Assembly (NCBI GenBank): GCA_046290225.1
Contig: JBKAGE010000079.1
Coordinates: 96,001 to 160,000, forward strand
Direction of reading: 5' to 3'
Source: Bradymonadia bacterium
GTDB lineage: Bacteria > Myxococcota_A > Bradymonadia > UBA7976 > UBA1532
Length of the DNA stretch: 64,000 nt
The notes beneath the pieces are model-generated. The model ran no database searches, was not told the DNA's origin, and worked only from the letters and a program-made list of their open reading frames with translations. The position numbers were made by a program, and so were the translations under genes. Shown piece by piece: positions 20,127 to 30,138 of this stretch. Position 1 is the stretch's first letter. Every line of letters begins with the position of its first letter.

Positions 20127-21140
20127 TCAGGGGGCGCCGGGGGCTTTGGGGGGCGCGACGAGGTCGGCGCTGCCCCTGAGGAGGGCGGCTTCTACGGCGT
20201 ATTTCGATGCCAGGACCACATAATCGCGGTCATCTGCCTTTACGTACATGTAGGCAGATTTGCCTTTTTCGACGCCCACGCGGTAGTGCGCGGTCTTCTG
20301 GGTGGCCGCCTCTCCGTCACCCTCGGTGTAAATCAGAGTGACGTCAGCGCCTTGGCCCAGGCCGAACTCCGGCTTCTCTTCTTTGCTCACCGGCGTGTTG
20401 AGGTACACCTTGCTCACCCCGCTCACCAGGCTGTTCACCTTGGTCTCGTCGAGGGCGGCGCCTTCAGGGGCGCCTTCGAGGGTCCACTGACCGTTCACCT
20501 TGAGCAGCTTGAAGCTGCCCTTGGCGTTGGTCACCGCGATGGACTCGAGGCGGTCTTTGTCCACGCTCACATAGGTGGTGTCGAGGTAGGTGCGGGGCGT
20601 GGCGCCGATGGACCACTCCGAGACGCCGTTGGCTCGATAGACGTCGTCAGAGTCAGCGCGGCGCACGTGAATGGTGTTTGCAGCCCCTGGGCCCACATAG
20701 AAGGTCTTCTGCTCGCCCTTCACCGTGACGGTGACTTTCTTGCTGTACCCGACCTCGTCCACCTTGAGGGCCTCGTGGTTGCCCTTGCGGGTGGCGATGG
20801 GGCGGCGCACCTGCAGGTCGGTGAGCTTGCTCACCACGTCGTTCACCTTGTCGGCCTTGGCGGGGTAGTCGCCGGCAGAGCTGATGATCCAGCCCTCGCC
20901 CTGGCGGGTGAGGGTGACCGAGGGCACCTCGGGGGGCTCGTCGGAAGGCCTGGCCCCATCGGTGGCCTCTTCGGGCTGCCCCACGATGGTGAGGGCGGTG
21001 ACGTCGTCGATGCTGCCGTCGACGATGGCCTGGGCCCCGGGCGGGGCGCTGGCGCCGCCGCTGGTGGTCCAGGTGATGGCCACGAGAATGGCCTGGGCCG
21101 CGATGAGGATGCCGAGGATGTTGTTGAGCTTCTGCATCAC
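20127..21140 (-). CDS. DUF4340-like exported protein of the Gld-like ABC operon
   Basis: N-terminal anchor; two repeats of LT/LK..G.W...AD/LD..KVN.LVS; usual position after GldG. Confidence 0.75.
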   Translation of the reverse strand: MMQKLNNILGILIAAQAILVAITWTTSGGASAPPGAQAIVDGSIDDVTALTIVGQPEEATDGARPSDEPPEVPSVTLTRQGEGWIISSAGDYPAKADKVNDVVSKLTDLQVRRPIATRKGNHEALKVDEVGYSKKVTVTVKGEQKTFYVGPGAANTIHVRRADSDDVYRANGVSEWSIGATPRTYLDTTYVSVDKDRLESIAVTNAKGSFKLLKVNGQWTLEGAPEGAALDETKVNSLVSGVSKVYLNTPVSKEEKPEFGLGQGADVTLIYTEGDGEAATQKTAHYRVGVEKGKSAYMYVKADDRDYVVLASKYAVEAALLRGSADLVAPPKAPGAP

Positions 21141-24019
21141 TTCCTCTCCGGAGCCAGGGTGAGGGGTCGACGGCGGCGGGTGCCGGCGGCGAGGAAGACC
21201 ACGAGGGCCAGGGCGATGAGGGCGAAGCCGTAGTTGCTCACCTCCCAGGTGGTGCGCTCGCTGTCCTCCATGGGGTCGAGGGTGCGGGCAAAGGCCCCGG
21301 CGCTGCGGATCTGCAGCAGATCGGTGTCGGCGAGGGCCCAGTCCACGATGTTGCGCAGGAACTGGAAGTTGCCCCGGTACACCCCGCCGCTGGCATCTTG
21401 AGCGAGGCCGGTGATGATGTCCGAGGCGAAGGTGGAGCTGCCCACGACCACGAGGCGGGCGTCGCCCACCGACTGTTTGATGGTCTGCCCTGAGCGATCG
21501 ATCTGCTGACCTTCCGCAGGAGGCGCACCAGACAGATCGACGAGGGGAGAAGGCTTGTCGTTGAAGTAGCTGGTGATCTGGCCCACGAGGGTCACGGCTA
21601 CGGGTCGACGCCCGATGTCACCCTCCACCTCGAAGACAGGGCGGCCCTGCTCATCTGTGGTCTTGGGCATCATGACCATGCTCTTGCGCATCCAGGAGCC
21701 GCTGGAGGTTTCGAGCAGCACTTCGCGCTGGAGCCCCTCGGGCAGGGTCTCCGCGAGCTTGAGGGGCGAAGCCCAGGTGAGAGCCACGTTCGCCAGACCC
21801 GCGAGGGCCACGTGGCCTTCGTTGAAGCCGTCGCGCCGGATGTCGGGGAAGAAGGGGTAGCTCACCATCTCGATGGCCCGAATCTGGAACCCCCGAACCT
21901 CTTTCTGCACAGGCAGAGGGATCTGAGCGCTCTGCGGATCCATGGCGAAGGCGGGCTCCACTCCGACGCCGTAGTGTGCCAGCAGCTTGAGCAGCCGGGG
22001 GTTCTCCGCTGCAGCGGTGAAGCCCTTCTGAGGGTCGAAGTTCACATCGTATCCCGCCAGGGCGACCACCGAGCCGCCCCGCATGAGGAACTGGTCGATG
22101 GCGTATTGCTGCTTGGGGGTGAGCTGCCCGGGCTTGGCCACCACGAGCACATCGACGTCGCTGTCGATCTGGCCCTCCTTGGCCTCGATGCGCTTCACCT
22201 GGAACTCTTGGGAGAAGAGCTGCTCGATGGCCCGGTAGTCCGCCTGCTTCGGCGGTGGCTGCATCTGCGGCGGCAGCATGGGGTTGTTCTGTGGCTGCTC
22301 TGGCTGCTCTGTGAGCAACGCCACAGTCTTCATGAAGCCCGGGGTGGCGCGCTTGAGGGCCGACTCCACGGCGGTGCGCAGGTCGGCCTCCTTGATGTCG
22401 CCTTGCAAGAAGATCTGCTCGAGGCGGCCTTCCACGTCGATGAGCAGGTACATGTAGAAAGTCTGCTCGCTCAGGAAGTCCATCGACATGGGCCGGAACC
22501 CGTACTTCATGTTGATGGCCTGGGCGAGGGCTTGATCCTTGCTCGGATCCTTCAACTCATAGCTGAACTTGCCCCCGGCCTTCTCTTTGAGCTCGTCCAC
22601 CACCTTCTGCAGCTGCTCGGGCACCTTCTTGAGCTGGTCGGGCAAGCTGTCGGGGGAGATGTAGGCCGTGAGCTTCGCCCCAGTCTTCATCTGGGCGAAG
22701 ACCCCCTCGAGGCTCTGGAACTCCTGGGTGATCTTCTTGATCGAGCGGGTGACGTCGTATTCGAGGTTGCGCAGCCTGATCTGCACCTCGTTGCGATCGT
22801 CGGCGTAGACCTCGATGAGCTGAGGGAACGACAGCACCTCGTACTCATCACCGTAGCGCACCAGAATGTGGAAGAACGAGTTCACCACCGACTTCTGGTG
22901 ACGATCGGAGACCGGGAGCGGCTCGCTGCGGATGCCGTACTGATCACCGATCTCGGCTTCGAGGGCCTCGTCCGTCGTGGGATCGGCGAACTCCACCACC
23001 ACATTGCCGCCGCCGTGGATGGCGTACTCCTGCAGAAGGTCCTTCACGCGGGGTACCAGCGGAGCCAGCTTCGGGTGCGTGCGGGCGGAGAAGTAGCCGC
23101 TGATGACCAGCTGCTCGTCGAGCCCCGCGAGCATGTTCTCGGTGACATCGCTGATGCTGTAGTCGCCGTTGGCGGTGAGATCGACGCGGATCTGATTCAC
23201 CGGGGCGAGCCACATGTTCAGCAAGAGCACGTTCACCCCGGCGAGCAGGGTGGTGAGGGTGAGGGCCACCCGCGGGTTTGCCCGATCAGTGGGGCCCTGG
23301 TCGAGCCGCTTGCGCTCGAGGAACACCCCGTTGAGCAACAAGAAGAACGTCGTGAGGCTGAGGTAGTAGGCCAGATCTCGAAGATCGAGCACACCGCGCT
23401 CGATGCTGGCGAAGCGGCTGCCGGTGCCCATGGCCCGCAGCACGTCACCGGTCTGGTTGCTCACCAAGTCCACCAGGGCCGGGGCGCCGATCAGGTACAG
23501 CACGCCGCAGGCCACGAGGGTGGTCATCAAGGCCACGAGCTGGTTGTCGGTGAGGGCGCTGATCCACAGGCCCAGGGCCATATAGGTGCTCGCCAGCAAC
23601 AGCGCAGCCACGTAGCCACCGAAGACCGGCCCCCAGTCGAGATCGCCGAGCATGGACACGGTGATGGGCAGGGGCAGAGTGAGCAACAGCGCGAGACCCA
23701 CCAGGGCCATGCCGGCGACGAACTTGCCCAGCACGAGATCGCGGGTCCTGAGGGGCAGGGTGAAGAGCACCTCGAGGGTGCCCATCTTCTGCTCCTCGCT
23801 CCAGGCCCGCATGGTGATGGCCCCGGTGAGCAGGATCATCAGCAGGGGCAGTCGGGAGAACAGAGGCCGAACGTCGGCGATGTTCCGGGCGAAGAAGGTG
23901 TCCCAAACGAAGAAGGACAGTAATGTGACGAGCAGAAAGATGCCCAGGAAGATCAGGGCCACCGGGCTCTGGAAGTAGGCCCGGATCTCTTTGCGGGCCA
24001 CTGTGCGGATGCTGCTCAT
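21137..24019 (-). CDS. Fused GldF-like ABC permease + GldG-like periplasmic component
   Basis: RKEIRAYFQSP, MRAWSEEQKMGTLEVL, RGVLDLRDLAYY, RVDLTANGDYSIS, AIDQFLMRGG, NIVDWA. Confidence 0.88.
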   Translation of the reverse strand: MSSIRTVARKEIRAYFQSPVALIFLGIFLLVTLLSFFVWDTFFARNIADVRPLFSRLPLLMILLTGAITMRAWSEEQKMGTLEVLFTLPLRTRDLVLGKFVAGMALVGLALLLTLPLPITVSMLGDLDWGPVFGGYVAALLLASTYMALGLWISALTDNQLVALMTTLVACGVLYLIGAPALVDLVSNQTGDVLRAMGTGSRFASIERGVLDLRDLAYYLSLTTFFLLLNGVFLERKRLDQGPTDRANPRVALTLTTLLAGVNVLLLNMWLAPVNQIRVDLTANGDYSISDVTENMLAGLDEQLVISGYFSARTHPKLAPLVPRVKDLLQEYAIHGGGNVVVEFADPTTDEALEAEIGDQYGIRSEPLPVSDRHQKSVVNSFFHILVRYGDEYEVLSFPQLIEVYADDRNEVQIRLRNLEYDVTRSIKKITQEFQSLEGVFAQMKTGAKLTAYISPDSLPDQLKKVPEQLQKVVDELKEKAGGKFSYELKDPSKDQALAQAINMKYGFRPMSMDFLSEQTFYMYLLIDVEGRLEQIFLQGDIKEADLRTAVESALKRATPGFMKTVALLTEQPEQPQNNPMLPPQMQPPPKQADYRAIEQLFSQEFQVKRIEAKEGQIDSDVDVLVVAKPGQLTPKQQYAIDQFLMRGGSVVALAGYDVNFDPQKGFTAAAENPRLLKLLAHYGVGVEPAFAMDPQSAQIPLPVQKEVRGFQIRAIEMVSYPFFPDIRRDGFNEGHVALAGLANVALTWASPLKLAETLPEGLQREVLLETSSGSWMRKSMVMMPKTTDEQGRPVFEVEGDIGRRPVAVTLVGQITSYFNDKPSPLVDLSGAPPAEGQQIDRSGQTIKQSVGDARLVVVGSSTFASDIITGLAQDASGGVYRGNFQFLRNIVDWALADTDLLQIRSAGAFARTLDPMEDSERTTWEVSNYGFALIALALVVFLAAGTRRRRPLTLAPERK

Positions 24020-24972
24020 GCGGTGGCCTCCTGGTGGACGCTGGCGTGATCGCTCATCAGATCGCGGAACACGTTCTCGAGGCTGGTGATCTCCGGGGCG
24101 ATGCCTCCGAGGACCCAGCTGCGCTCGGTGGCAGCCTTGATGATCTCGGGGATGGGTCGAGTCTCGCCCTCACAGGTGACCCGCCACCGCATGAACCCGC
24201 TCTGGTGGGGATCGGCGTCGTGGGCCTTCACCTTCTGCACCCCCTTCACGCCCCGGAGCACGCCCACGACGTCGTCGGTGCCGTCGGCGACGCTCACAAG
24301 GACCGTGTCGGTGGCGAGCATCTCTTCCAGGCGGGCGTCGGCGGCGAGGTGGCCGTCGATCATGATGAGCACCCGATCGCAGATGGCCTCGATCTCCGAG
24401 AGGATGTGGGTGGACAAGATGACCGTGGAGTGCTCGGCGAGCTGCTTGATGAGCCGACGGATCTCCACAATCTGCACCGGGTCGAGGCCGTTGGTGGGCT
24501 CGTCGAGCACCAGCACGTCGGGGCGGTGCAAGATGGCGCCGGCGAGGCCCACGCGCTGCTTGTACCCTTTCGACAGGGTGCCGATGCTCTGGGTGAGGCG
24601 CTCGCTGAGCCCCGTGGCCCGAACGGCGTCGCTGATGGCCTGCAGGCGATCCTTCTGAGGGATCTGCCGCAGCTCCGCCATCATGATGAGGTACTCCTGC
24701 ACCAGCATCTCCGGATAAAGCGGGGCGCTCTCCGGCAGATATCCGATCTGCTTCTGCACTTGCAGGCGGGCCTTGAGGACGTCGGCGCCGCCGACGGTGA
24801 CAGTGCCCTGGGTGGGCTCGAGGTAACCCGTCAGGATCTTCATGACGGTGGTCTTCCCGGCGCCGTTGTGGCCCAGGAGGCCGACGATTTCGCCTCGGCC
24901 CACCTCGAAGGATACGCCTTTCACGGCGACGAGATCACCATAGCGTTTCTTGAGTCCATGAATCGAGATCAT
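24016..24972 (-). CDS. GldA-like ABC transporter ATP-binding protein
   Basis: GHNGAGKTT, LSKGYKQRVGLA, LDEPTNGLDP, STH; start moved to ATG 24972. Confidence 0.93.
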   Translation of the reverse strand: MISIHGLKKRYGDLVAVKGVSFEVGRGEIVGLLGHNGAGKTTVMKILTGYLEPTQGTVTVGGADVLKARLQVQKQIGYLPESAPLYPEMLVQEYLIMMAELRQIPQKDRLQAISDAVRATGLSERLTQSIGTLSKGYKQRVGLAGAILHRPDVLVLDEPTNGLDPVQIVEIRRLIKQLAEHSTVILSTHILSEIEAICDRVLIMIDGHLAADARLEEMLATDTVLVSVADGTDDVVGVLRGVKGVQKVKAHDADPHQSGFMRWRVTCEGETRPIPEIIKAATERSWVLGGIAPEITSLENVFRDLMSDHASVHQEATA

Positions 24973-25227
24973 GCGCAACCCTCGGGTGTGTGATGTGTGT
25001 GGCTCACCGATGGAGACCCACCGGTTTCGCCGGAGCGGAACCCTTCGCGGCCTCGACATATTCCTTACAGTGAGCGGCCATGGCCTAAACACAACGAGAC
25101 CTGGGGTCAAGGGGGCCTGAGGAAATTCAGCGGTCAGCGCCGAGGGCGATCGCCTGGTGACCTGGGTTTCGACCACCAGATACGGTAGTCTTACGGGGTC
25201 GAAGGCGACGACCCTTGGAGATGTACG

Positions 25228-27300
25228 TTGGTGGTGGAGAGGCGCAGCGCGGGGAGACGGCTGAGGGCGACTGGCGCGTTGGCGCTGTTGTGTCTCGGCG
25301 GGGCGTGTCTGCCCAAGGGCCCCGAGCCCGCGCACTATGTCCTTACCCCCGACGCTGAGGTGCCACCCACCGCCGACCCTGCCGATGCCGAGCTGCCCAT
25401 CGACCCCGCCGACGCCGGCGCACCCCCGACGCTCGATCCCGGCGGTCCCGAGACTCCACCCCTCCAGCCCGAGCTGCCCGGCGGCGGAGGCACACCCCCA
25501 CTGACCCCCCCTGAGCTGCCGCCGCCCTGGACGCGAGATCGCATGGCCTCGCCGCCTCTGTCGCCGAGCCTGTTGCGCCAGGTGGTGGCCACAGAGCAGC
25601 CCGTAGGCGTGTTCACGCTGGGCCCCGGCCGGCACCTGGTCGTGGAGCGCTCTGGGGGCCTCTTCTCCGCCACCGATCTCCGCGGGTGGAGCCCGTTGCC
25701 CACTGATTTGCAGGGTCCGGTGCTCCGCGCTCACGCCTATGATGGTGGCGTGCTGGCCTGTAGGGGGGCAGAGCGCCCCGCGATGATGGGCTATCCGGAC
25801 GGGCTCGACGGCATCGAGTCGATGCGATGGTCCTCAGCCGGTTTTGCATGTGGTCACGATGGTCGGCGCACCGTTGCTGTGGCTGGTGACACATTGCTGG
25901 CCTTGCACGCGGGTCAGCTGAGGGTCGAACGCCCGGGTGAAGCGCCGGTATTGCATCCCATCCCTCTCGATGCGCCACAGGTCATCGCCGCAGTGGATGA
26001 CAAGCGTGTGATCGTCTTGGGCGCCGATGGCGTCCGGGTCAGCTACGACGGCGGCGTCACCTTCCGGCAGGGGGTGATCCCTGATGCCGTGGTTCTCGAT
26101 GAGGTCCGCGATGCCCACGCCTTCGGAAAAGACGCTGTGGTGGCGGTGGGGGTCGGCGCCGAGGGTCGCCCGGGCGTCATGCTCAGCGAAAACCTGGGGT
26201 ACCGATGGCGCGGGATCTCCCAGCCCGCCCGAGGGCTCGAGGCCCTGGAGTTCGTGGCCTTGGACGCTGTGGGGGCCGGGGTGGCCGTGCCTCAGGGGGG
26301 TGGTCCTGGCATCGCGGTGATGCCTCGGGCGCTGCGATGGCTGCCCCTGGAGCCCTTCAGGGGTCTCACAGGGGCCCCGCTGGTGGTGGGCAGCGGTCAG
26401 TGGTGGGCGCCCCAGAGCCGTGGGCTGGTGGGTGGCATCAACGTCGACGCACCTCCACCCCCTGGCCTCGACCAGCCGCTGTGGCGGGCGATCTATCTTC
26501 ACCCGCTCGTGGCGGTGGGGGCAGGCCTCGACGAGGGCCTCTTCACTTCTACCGACGGCGGCCGTACGTGGCGCCGGCTCCCGGGCACCTCCGGGGTCAG
26601 GTTCCGTGGGCTGGCGCACTCCGGCCCGGGGACCTTCATCGCCACCGGGCCGTCCAATCTCTGGACGGCCGATCTCTGGTCACAGGGCGGGTGGTCGGTG
26701 CAGTGGCAGCGCGCTGCGGCGCCTAGTGACTGCAATGTGCAGTGGGTCAGCGTCGCCCCCGAAGGCGACATGGTGCTCGCGGGCTGTGAGGCCGGTGCGA
26801 TCCTCCGCAGCATCGACGGTGGGGCACAGTGGACCTGGAGCGCGACGGCGGAGCAGCCTCTGGCGATGCCGCTCTGGATGCCCGACGGCACCCTGTTGGC
26901 TCTGGCCAAGGAGGGGGGCTCGATCTATCAAAGCGCAGATGACGGCATCACGTGGCAGGAGCGGGGCGAGGCGACGCTTGCTCTTCCTGGAGCCGCCATC
27001 AGCTTGAAGCGCACCGATGATGGTTTCTCACTCCTGCTCGCTGATGGTCGACTGGCTCGGAGCACCGACATCGAAGGCCCATGGACGGTGGGGCCGGCGA
27101 TCCCCCGTGCATTTGAACTTCACCCGCTCGCTGGCGGTGCCGATCTCGTGGTGGCAGAGGGGGGCGTCTATCGCGTGGAGCGCACCCTCTCCGTGGCACA
27201 GATCATCCCTGCAGAGGAAGCCCTCGCCAGCACGCTCACAGGCGATGGGGGCGTGCTCGTGCTCACACCCTCTTCCACTGCGCTCTGGCGCCCTCGTTGA
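25228..27300 (+). CDS. Asp-box (BNR) beta-propeller lipoprotein
   Basis: Lipobox-like LGGAC; SYDGGVTF, SENLGYRW, STDGGRTW, SIDGGAQW, SADDGITW; start uncertain. Confidence 0.75.
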   Translation: MVVERRSAGRRLRATGALALLCLGGACLPKGPEPAHYVLTPDAEVPPTADPADAELPIDPADAGAPPTLDPGGPETPPLQPELPGGGGTPPLTPPELPPPWTRDRMASPPLSPSLLRQVVATEQPVGVFTLGPGRHLVVERSGGLFSATDLRGWSPLPTDLQGPVLRAHAYDGGVLACRGAERPAMMGYPDGLDGIESMRWSSAGFACGHDGRRTVAVAGDTLLALHAGQLRVERPGEAPVLHPIPLDAPQVIAAVDDKRVIVLGADGVRVSYDGGVTFRQGVIPDAVVLDEVRDAHAFGKDAVVAVGVGAEGRPGVMLSENLGYRWRGISQPARGLEALEFVALDAVGAGVAVPQGGGPGIAVMPRALRWLPLEPFRGLTGAPLVVGSGQWWAPQSRGLVGGINVDAPPPPGLDQPLWRAIYLHPLVAVGAGLDEGLFTSTDGGRTWRRLPGTSGVRFRGLAHSGPGTFIATGPSNLWTADLWSQGGWSVQWQRAAAPSDCNVQWVSVAPEGDMVLAGCEAGAILRSIDGGAQWTWSATAEQPLAMPLWMPDGTLLALAKEGGSIYQSADDGITWQERGEATLALPGAAISLKRTDDGFSLLLADGRLARSTDIEGPWTVGPAIPRAFELHPLAGGADLVVAEGGVYRVERTLSVAQIIPAEEALASTLTGDGGVLVLTPSSTALWRPR

Positions 27301-27389
27301 GACGCCCGATGGGATGGGCTGAGGGGTTGTCAGAGAGGGGGGCTGCGAGACCTTCTGCGAGGTGGACTGCCAGACCCACAGTGAGGGAG

Positions 27390-27418
27390 CTTACATTTCG
27401 CGGGGTCCTCTGTATCAT
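27390..27418 (+). promoter_or_regulatory. Candidate sigma-70 promoter for the 27525-33289 operon
   Basis: CTTACA-N17-TATCAT. Confidence 0.35.
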
Positions 27419-27524
27419 GACCTGAATGCATGGATGAGGCTGGTCATGGCGGTCGAATGTCGACCCCGGGCCTCAGCCTGTGCCTGAGACAGCCTGCACC
27501 CGAGACAACGCGACGCGGAACGAC

Positions 27525-29180
27525 GTGAAGACCAAGGCGTACAAACTGGCGGCGGAGCTGGGCCTCGAAGAGGGCCCTCTCCTGGAGTGGCTCAAGGCCA
27601 ACGGCTACCCCAACATCCGCCGAGCCGACACCATCCGCGCCGATGTGTGCCAGGCGGCCCGCAAGGCCCTGGGTCGAGGGGGCAGTCGTCGCCCTCAACG
27701 CAACACCCACCGGCCCACTCAGCGACCCGAGCCGCGCCATACGGGCCGTCCTCGGGAAGAGCGAGGTCCGGATCGAGGCGCCTCAGATGGCCTGAGTGTC
27801 TCCTTTGCAGAGCTGCTCGAGTCCCATATGCCTGGTGGGGTGCGTCCGACCAAGGGGCAACGGCCCACCAAGGGACAGCGCCCCGCGAAGGGCACACAAC
27901 GCCCTGCTGCCGGTCATCCCTCTGCCGGTCGCCCGTCCGGGCAGCCGACGCAGGCCCACGCCACCCAGCGGACCGAGGGTCCGCCCCCCAAACACAACAG
28001 CAACCGGCCTCCCTGGGAGCTGCCTCAAAACGGCGCCCAACAGTCCGGATCTCATCCGAAGCCCTCCACCGTCGATCTGGAGATGGCCCGCAAGGTCGCC
28101 GCCGCCGAGAAGGCCCGTGACGAGGCCCGGCAAGATGCCGACGGGTGGCGGGTGAAGTTTCAGCGGGCTCGCCACGAGCTGGAGACGATCCAGGGGCGCT
28201 TTTCTGCCCTGGAAGAGGCTGAGGCCCAAAAGGCTGCCCTCGACGAGGAGCGGTCGCGTCTCGCCCTCGAGGTGTCCACGCTCAAGCTCAAACTCAATGA
28301 GGTCGAGGGGGAGCGGGCTGCGCTGGAGCAGACCGCAGGTGAGCTGCAACAGAGCCTGAATCAGTCCGAGTCCACGCTGATGGCCCTGGAGAAGGCCCGC
28401 AACGAGCACGTGGCTCAACAGCAGGCCGAAGCCGAAGCCCTGGCGAAGGAGAAGCTCGCCTCGGCGGCTCTGAGAGAGAGCGCGTGGCGGGCCCGGGCCC
28501 TCGAGCTCGAGCGCAGCGCCAGCAGCGCCGTGTCGCTGAGCGGTGCCCTGAGCCGAACGGGTCTCACGGAGATCGAGCAGCAAGCCCGCCTGCTGCAAAG
28601 GATCCTCGACAACCCCCAGGGGGCCCGGGCGTTGATCCGAGCCATCCGCAGCCTCGACGCCGACGCCTTTGCTCAGCTCACTCGAGATCGAGTGGCCCGA
28701 GTGTGCGCTGATCCCATGTGCAACCAAGTGGCCACCAGCAGCGAGCTCTTCGCCCTGCGGGTCGACATCGCCGCCGACTGCGACATCTGCAGAGGATCTG
28801 TCGATCGGCGCTGGTTCAGGCGCATGGTGAAGGAGTGCGAGCGGGGCGGCATCCGCCGGATTCTGGTCATCGGCGGCGCCGACGAGGTGCATCAGAGCCT
28901 GAGAGAGCTGAGCCAGGGCTTCCCCGTCGACCTGCGGCTGGTGTCCGGTGACGAGGCCCCTGAAGGCCCACGGGTCCGTAGCCGCGTCGAGGGGTGTGAC
29001 GTGCTGGTGCTCTGGGGGCAGGCTGTGGTGCCTCGGGGCATTACTGGGGCCTACCTCGAGGCGGCTCAGCGCGAGAGCCGTATGACCATTCACGTACCTG
29101 GGCAGCGTTGCGCGGTGGACGCACTGGCCCGCGCGGTGGCCCATCGGCTGGCGCGACATCTGATATTGGCCACCGCCTGA
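27525..29180 (+). CDS. Multidomain protein: IF2-N-like head, disordered linker, coiled coil, Cys4 cluster, DUF2325-like tail
   Basis: KAYKLAAELGL...LLEWLKANG; long heptad region; CADPMC..CDIC; RILVIGG...CDVLVLW. Confidence 0.7.
   Translation: MKTKAYKLAAELGLEEGPLLEWLKANGYPNIRRADTIRADVCQAARKALGRGGSRRPQRNTHRPTQRPEPRHTGRPREERGPDRGASDGLSVSFAELLESHMPGGVRPTKGQRPTKGQRPAKGTQRPAAGHPSAGRPSGQPTQAHATQRTEGPPPKHNSNRPPWELPQNGAQQSGSHPKPSTVDLEMARKVAAAEKARDEARQDADGWRVKFQRARHELETIQGRFSALEEAEAQKAALDEERSRLALEVSTLKLKLNEVEGERAALEQTAGELQQSLNQSESTLMALEKARNEHVAQQQAEAEALAKEKLASAALRESAWRARALELERSASSAVSLSGALSRTGLTEIEQQARLLQRILDNPQGARALIRAIRSLDADAFAQLTRDRVARVCADPMCNQVATSSELFALRVDIAADCDICRGSVDRRWFRRMVKECERGGIRRILVIGGADEVHQSLRELSQGFPVDLRLVSGDEAPEGPRVRSRVEGCDVLVLWGQAVVPRGITGAYLEAAQRESRMTIHVPGQRCAVDALARAVAHRLARHLILATA
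27843..27896 (+). repeat. Three imperfect in-frame 18-bp tandem repeats
   Basis: Encode RPTKGQ-RPTKGQ-RPAKGT. Confidence 0.7.
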
Positions 29181-29187
29181 GAGATCT

Positions 29188-30138
29188 GTGAATCCCAGCG
29201 AGATCGTCGTCTCCCGCCCCGCCGTCAAACCGCTCCTCGAGCAACTCGAGCAGGTGATCCGAGGCAAACAGGCGGTCATCGCCGATCTGCTCATCGCCAT
29301 CCTCGCCCGGGGGCACGTGCTCATGGAGGATGTGCCCGGGGTGGGCAAGACCACCCTGGCCCGGGCCCTGGCAAAGGCGTTCGAACTCGGGTCGAAGCGG
29401 GTGCAGTTCACCCCCGATCTCATGCCCACCGACATCGTCGGCTCTGCGGTGCTGCGCCCTGCCGAAGGCACCTTCGAGTTCATGCCCGGGCCAGTGTTCA
29501 CGCACATCCTGCTCGCCGACGAGATCAACAGAGCCTCACCGCGTACACAATCGGCTCTGCTCGAGGCCATGAGTGAAGATCAGGTGTCGATGGACGGCGT
29601 GACCCGGGCGCTGCCCTCGCCGTTTCTGGTCATCGCCACCCAGAACCCCGTGGAGACCGAGGGCACCTTTCCGCTCCCTGAGGCTCAGCTCGACCGGTTC
29701 TTGATGCGGCTTCATCTGGGCTATCCCACCCTCGACCAGGAGCTCGAAATTCTCAGCGCTCGACGGGTGGCGGATCCGCTCGACGCTGTAGAGGCTGTGG
29801 CCAGCGGGGATGATCTCTCCAAGTGGCAAGGTGAGGTGCAGGCGGTGCAGATCGCCGAGCCTGTGTCTCGATATTTGCTCTCTGTGGTGCACTGGACCCG
29901 GTCACACACAGATTTGTCCCTCGGTGTGAGCCCCCGTGGTGCACTGGCGCTCTATCGATGCGCTCAGGCCCGGGCCTGGCTCGAAGGACGGGCCTTTGCG
30001 ACACCCCACGACGTGCAGAGCCTCGCTCAGAGAGTCCTCGCTCACCGACTGATCCTGACGCCGCAGAGCCGGTACGCCGGCCGCAGCGCGGCGCAGGTCC
30101 TCGAAGAGGGCATCCGGGCCATCCCCGTGCCCACGTGA
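29188..30138 (+). CDS. moxR: MoxR family AAA+ ATPase
   Basis: EDVPGVGKT, RVQFTPDLMPTD, LLADEINRASPRTQSALLEAM, ATQNP, LPEAQLDRF. Confidence 0.95.
   Translation: MNPSEIVVSRPAVKPLLEQLEQVIRGKQAVIADLLIAILARGHVLMEDVPGVGKTTLARALAKAFELGSKRVQFTPDLMPTDIVGSAVLRPAEGTFEFMPGPVFTHILLADEINRASPRTQSALLEAMSEDQVSMDGVTRALPSPFLVIATQNPVETEGTFPLPEAQLDRFLMRLHLGYPTLDQELEILSARRVADPLDAVEAVASGDDLSKWQGEVQAVQIAEPVSRYLLSVVHWTRSHTDLSLGVSPRGALALYRCAQARAWLEGRAFATPHDVQSLAQRVLAHRLILTPQSRYAGRSAAQVLEEGIRAIPVPT

Noticed and set aside
24973..25734. N-terminal extension of the Gld-like ATPase ORF, and an ncRNA in 24973-25227
   Set aside because: The extension overlaps the divergent BNR gene; the gap has only short inverted repeats (TTCGACC/GGTCGAA) and no recognisable RNA family
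27525..29180. infB (IF2) call
   Set aside because: Only an IF2-N-like head is present; no GTPase motifs
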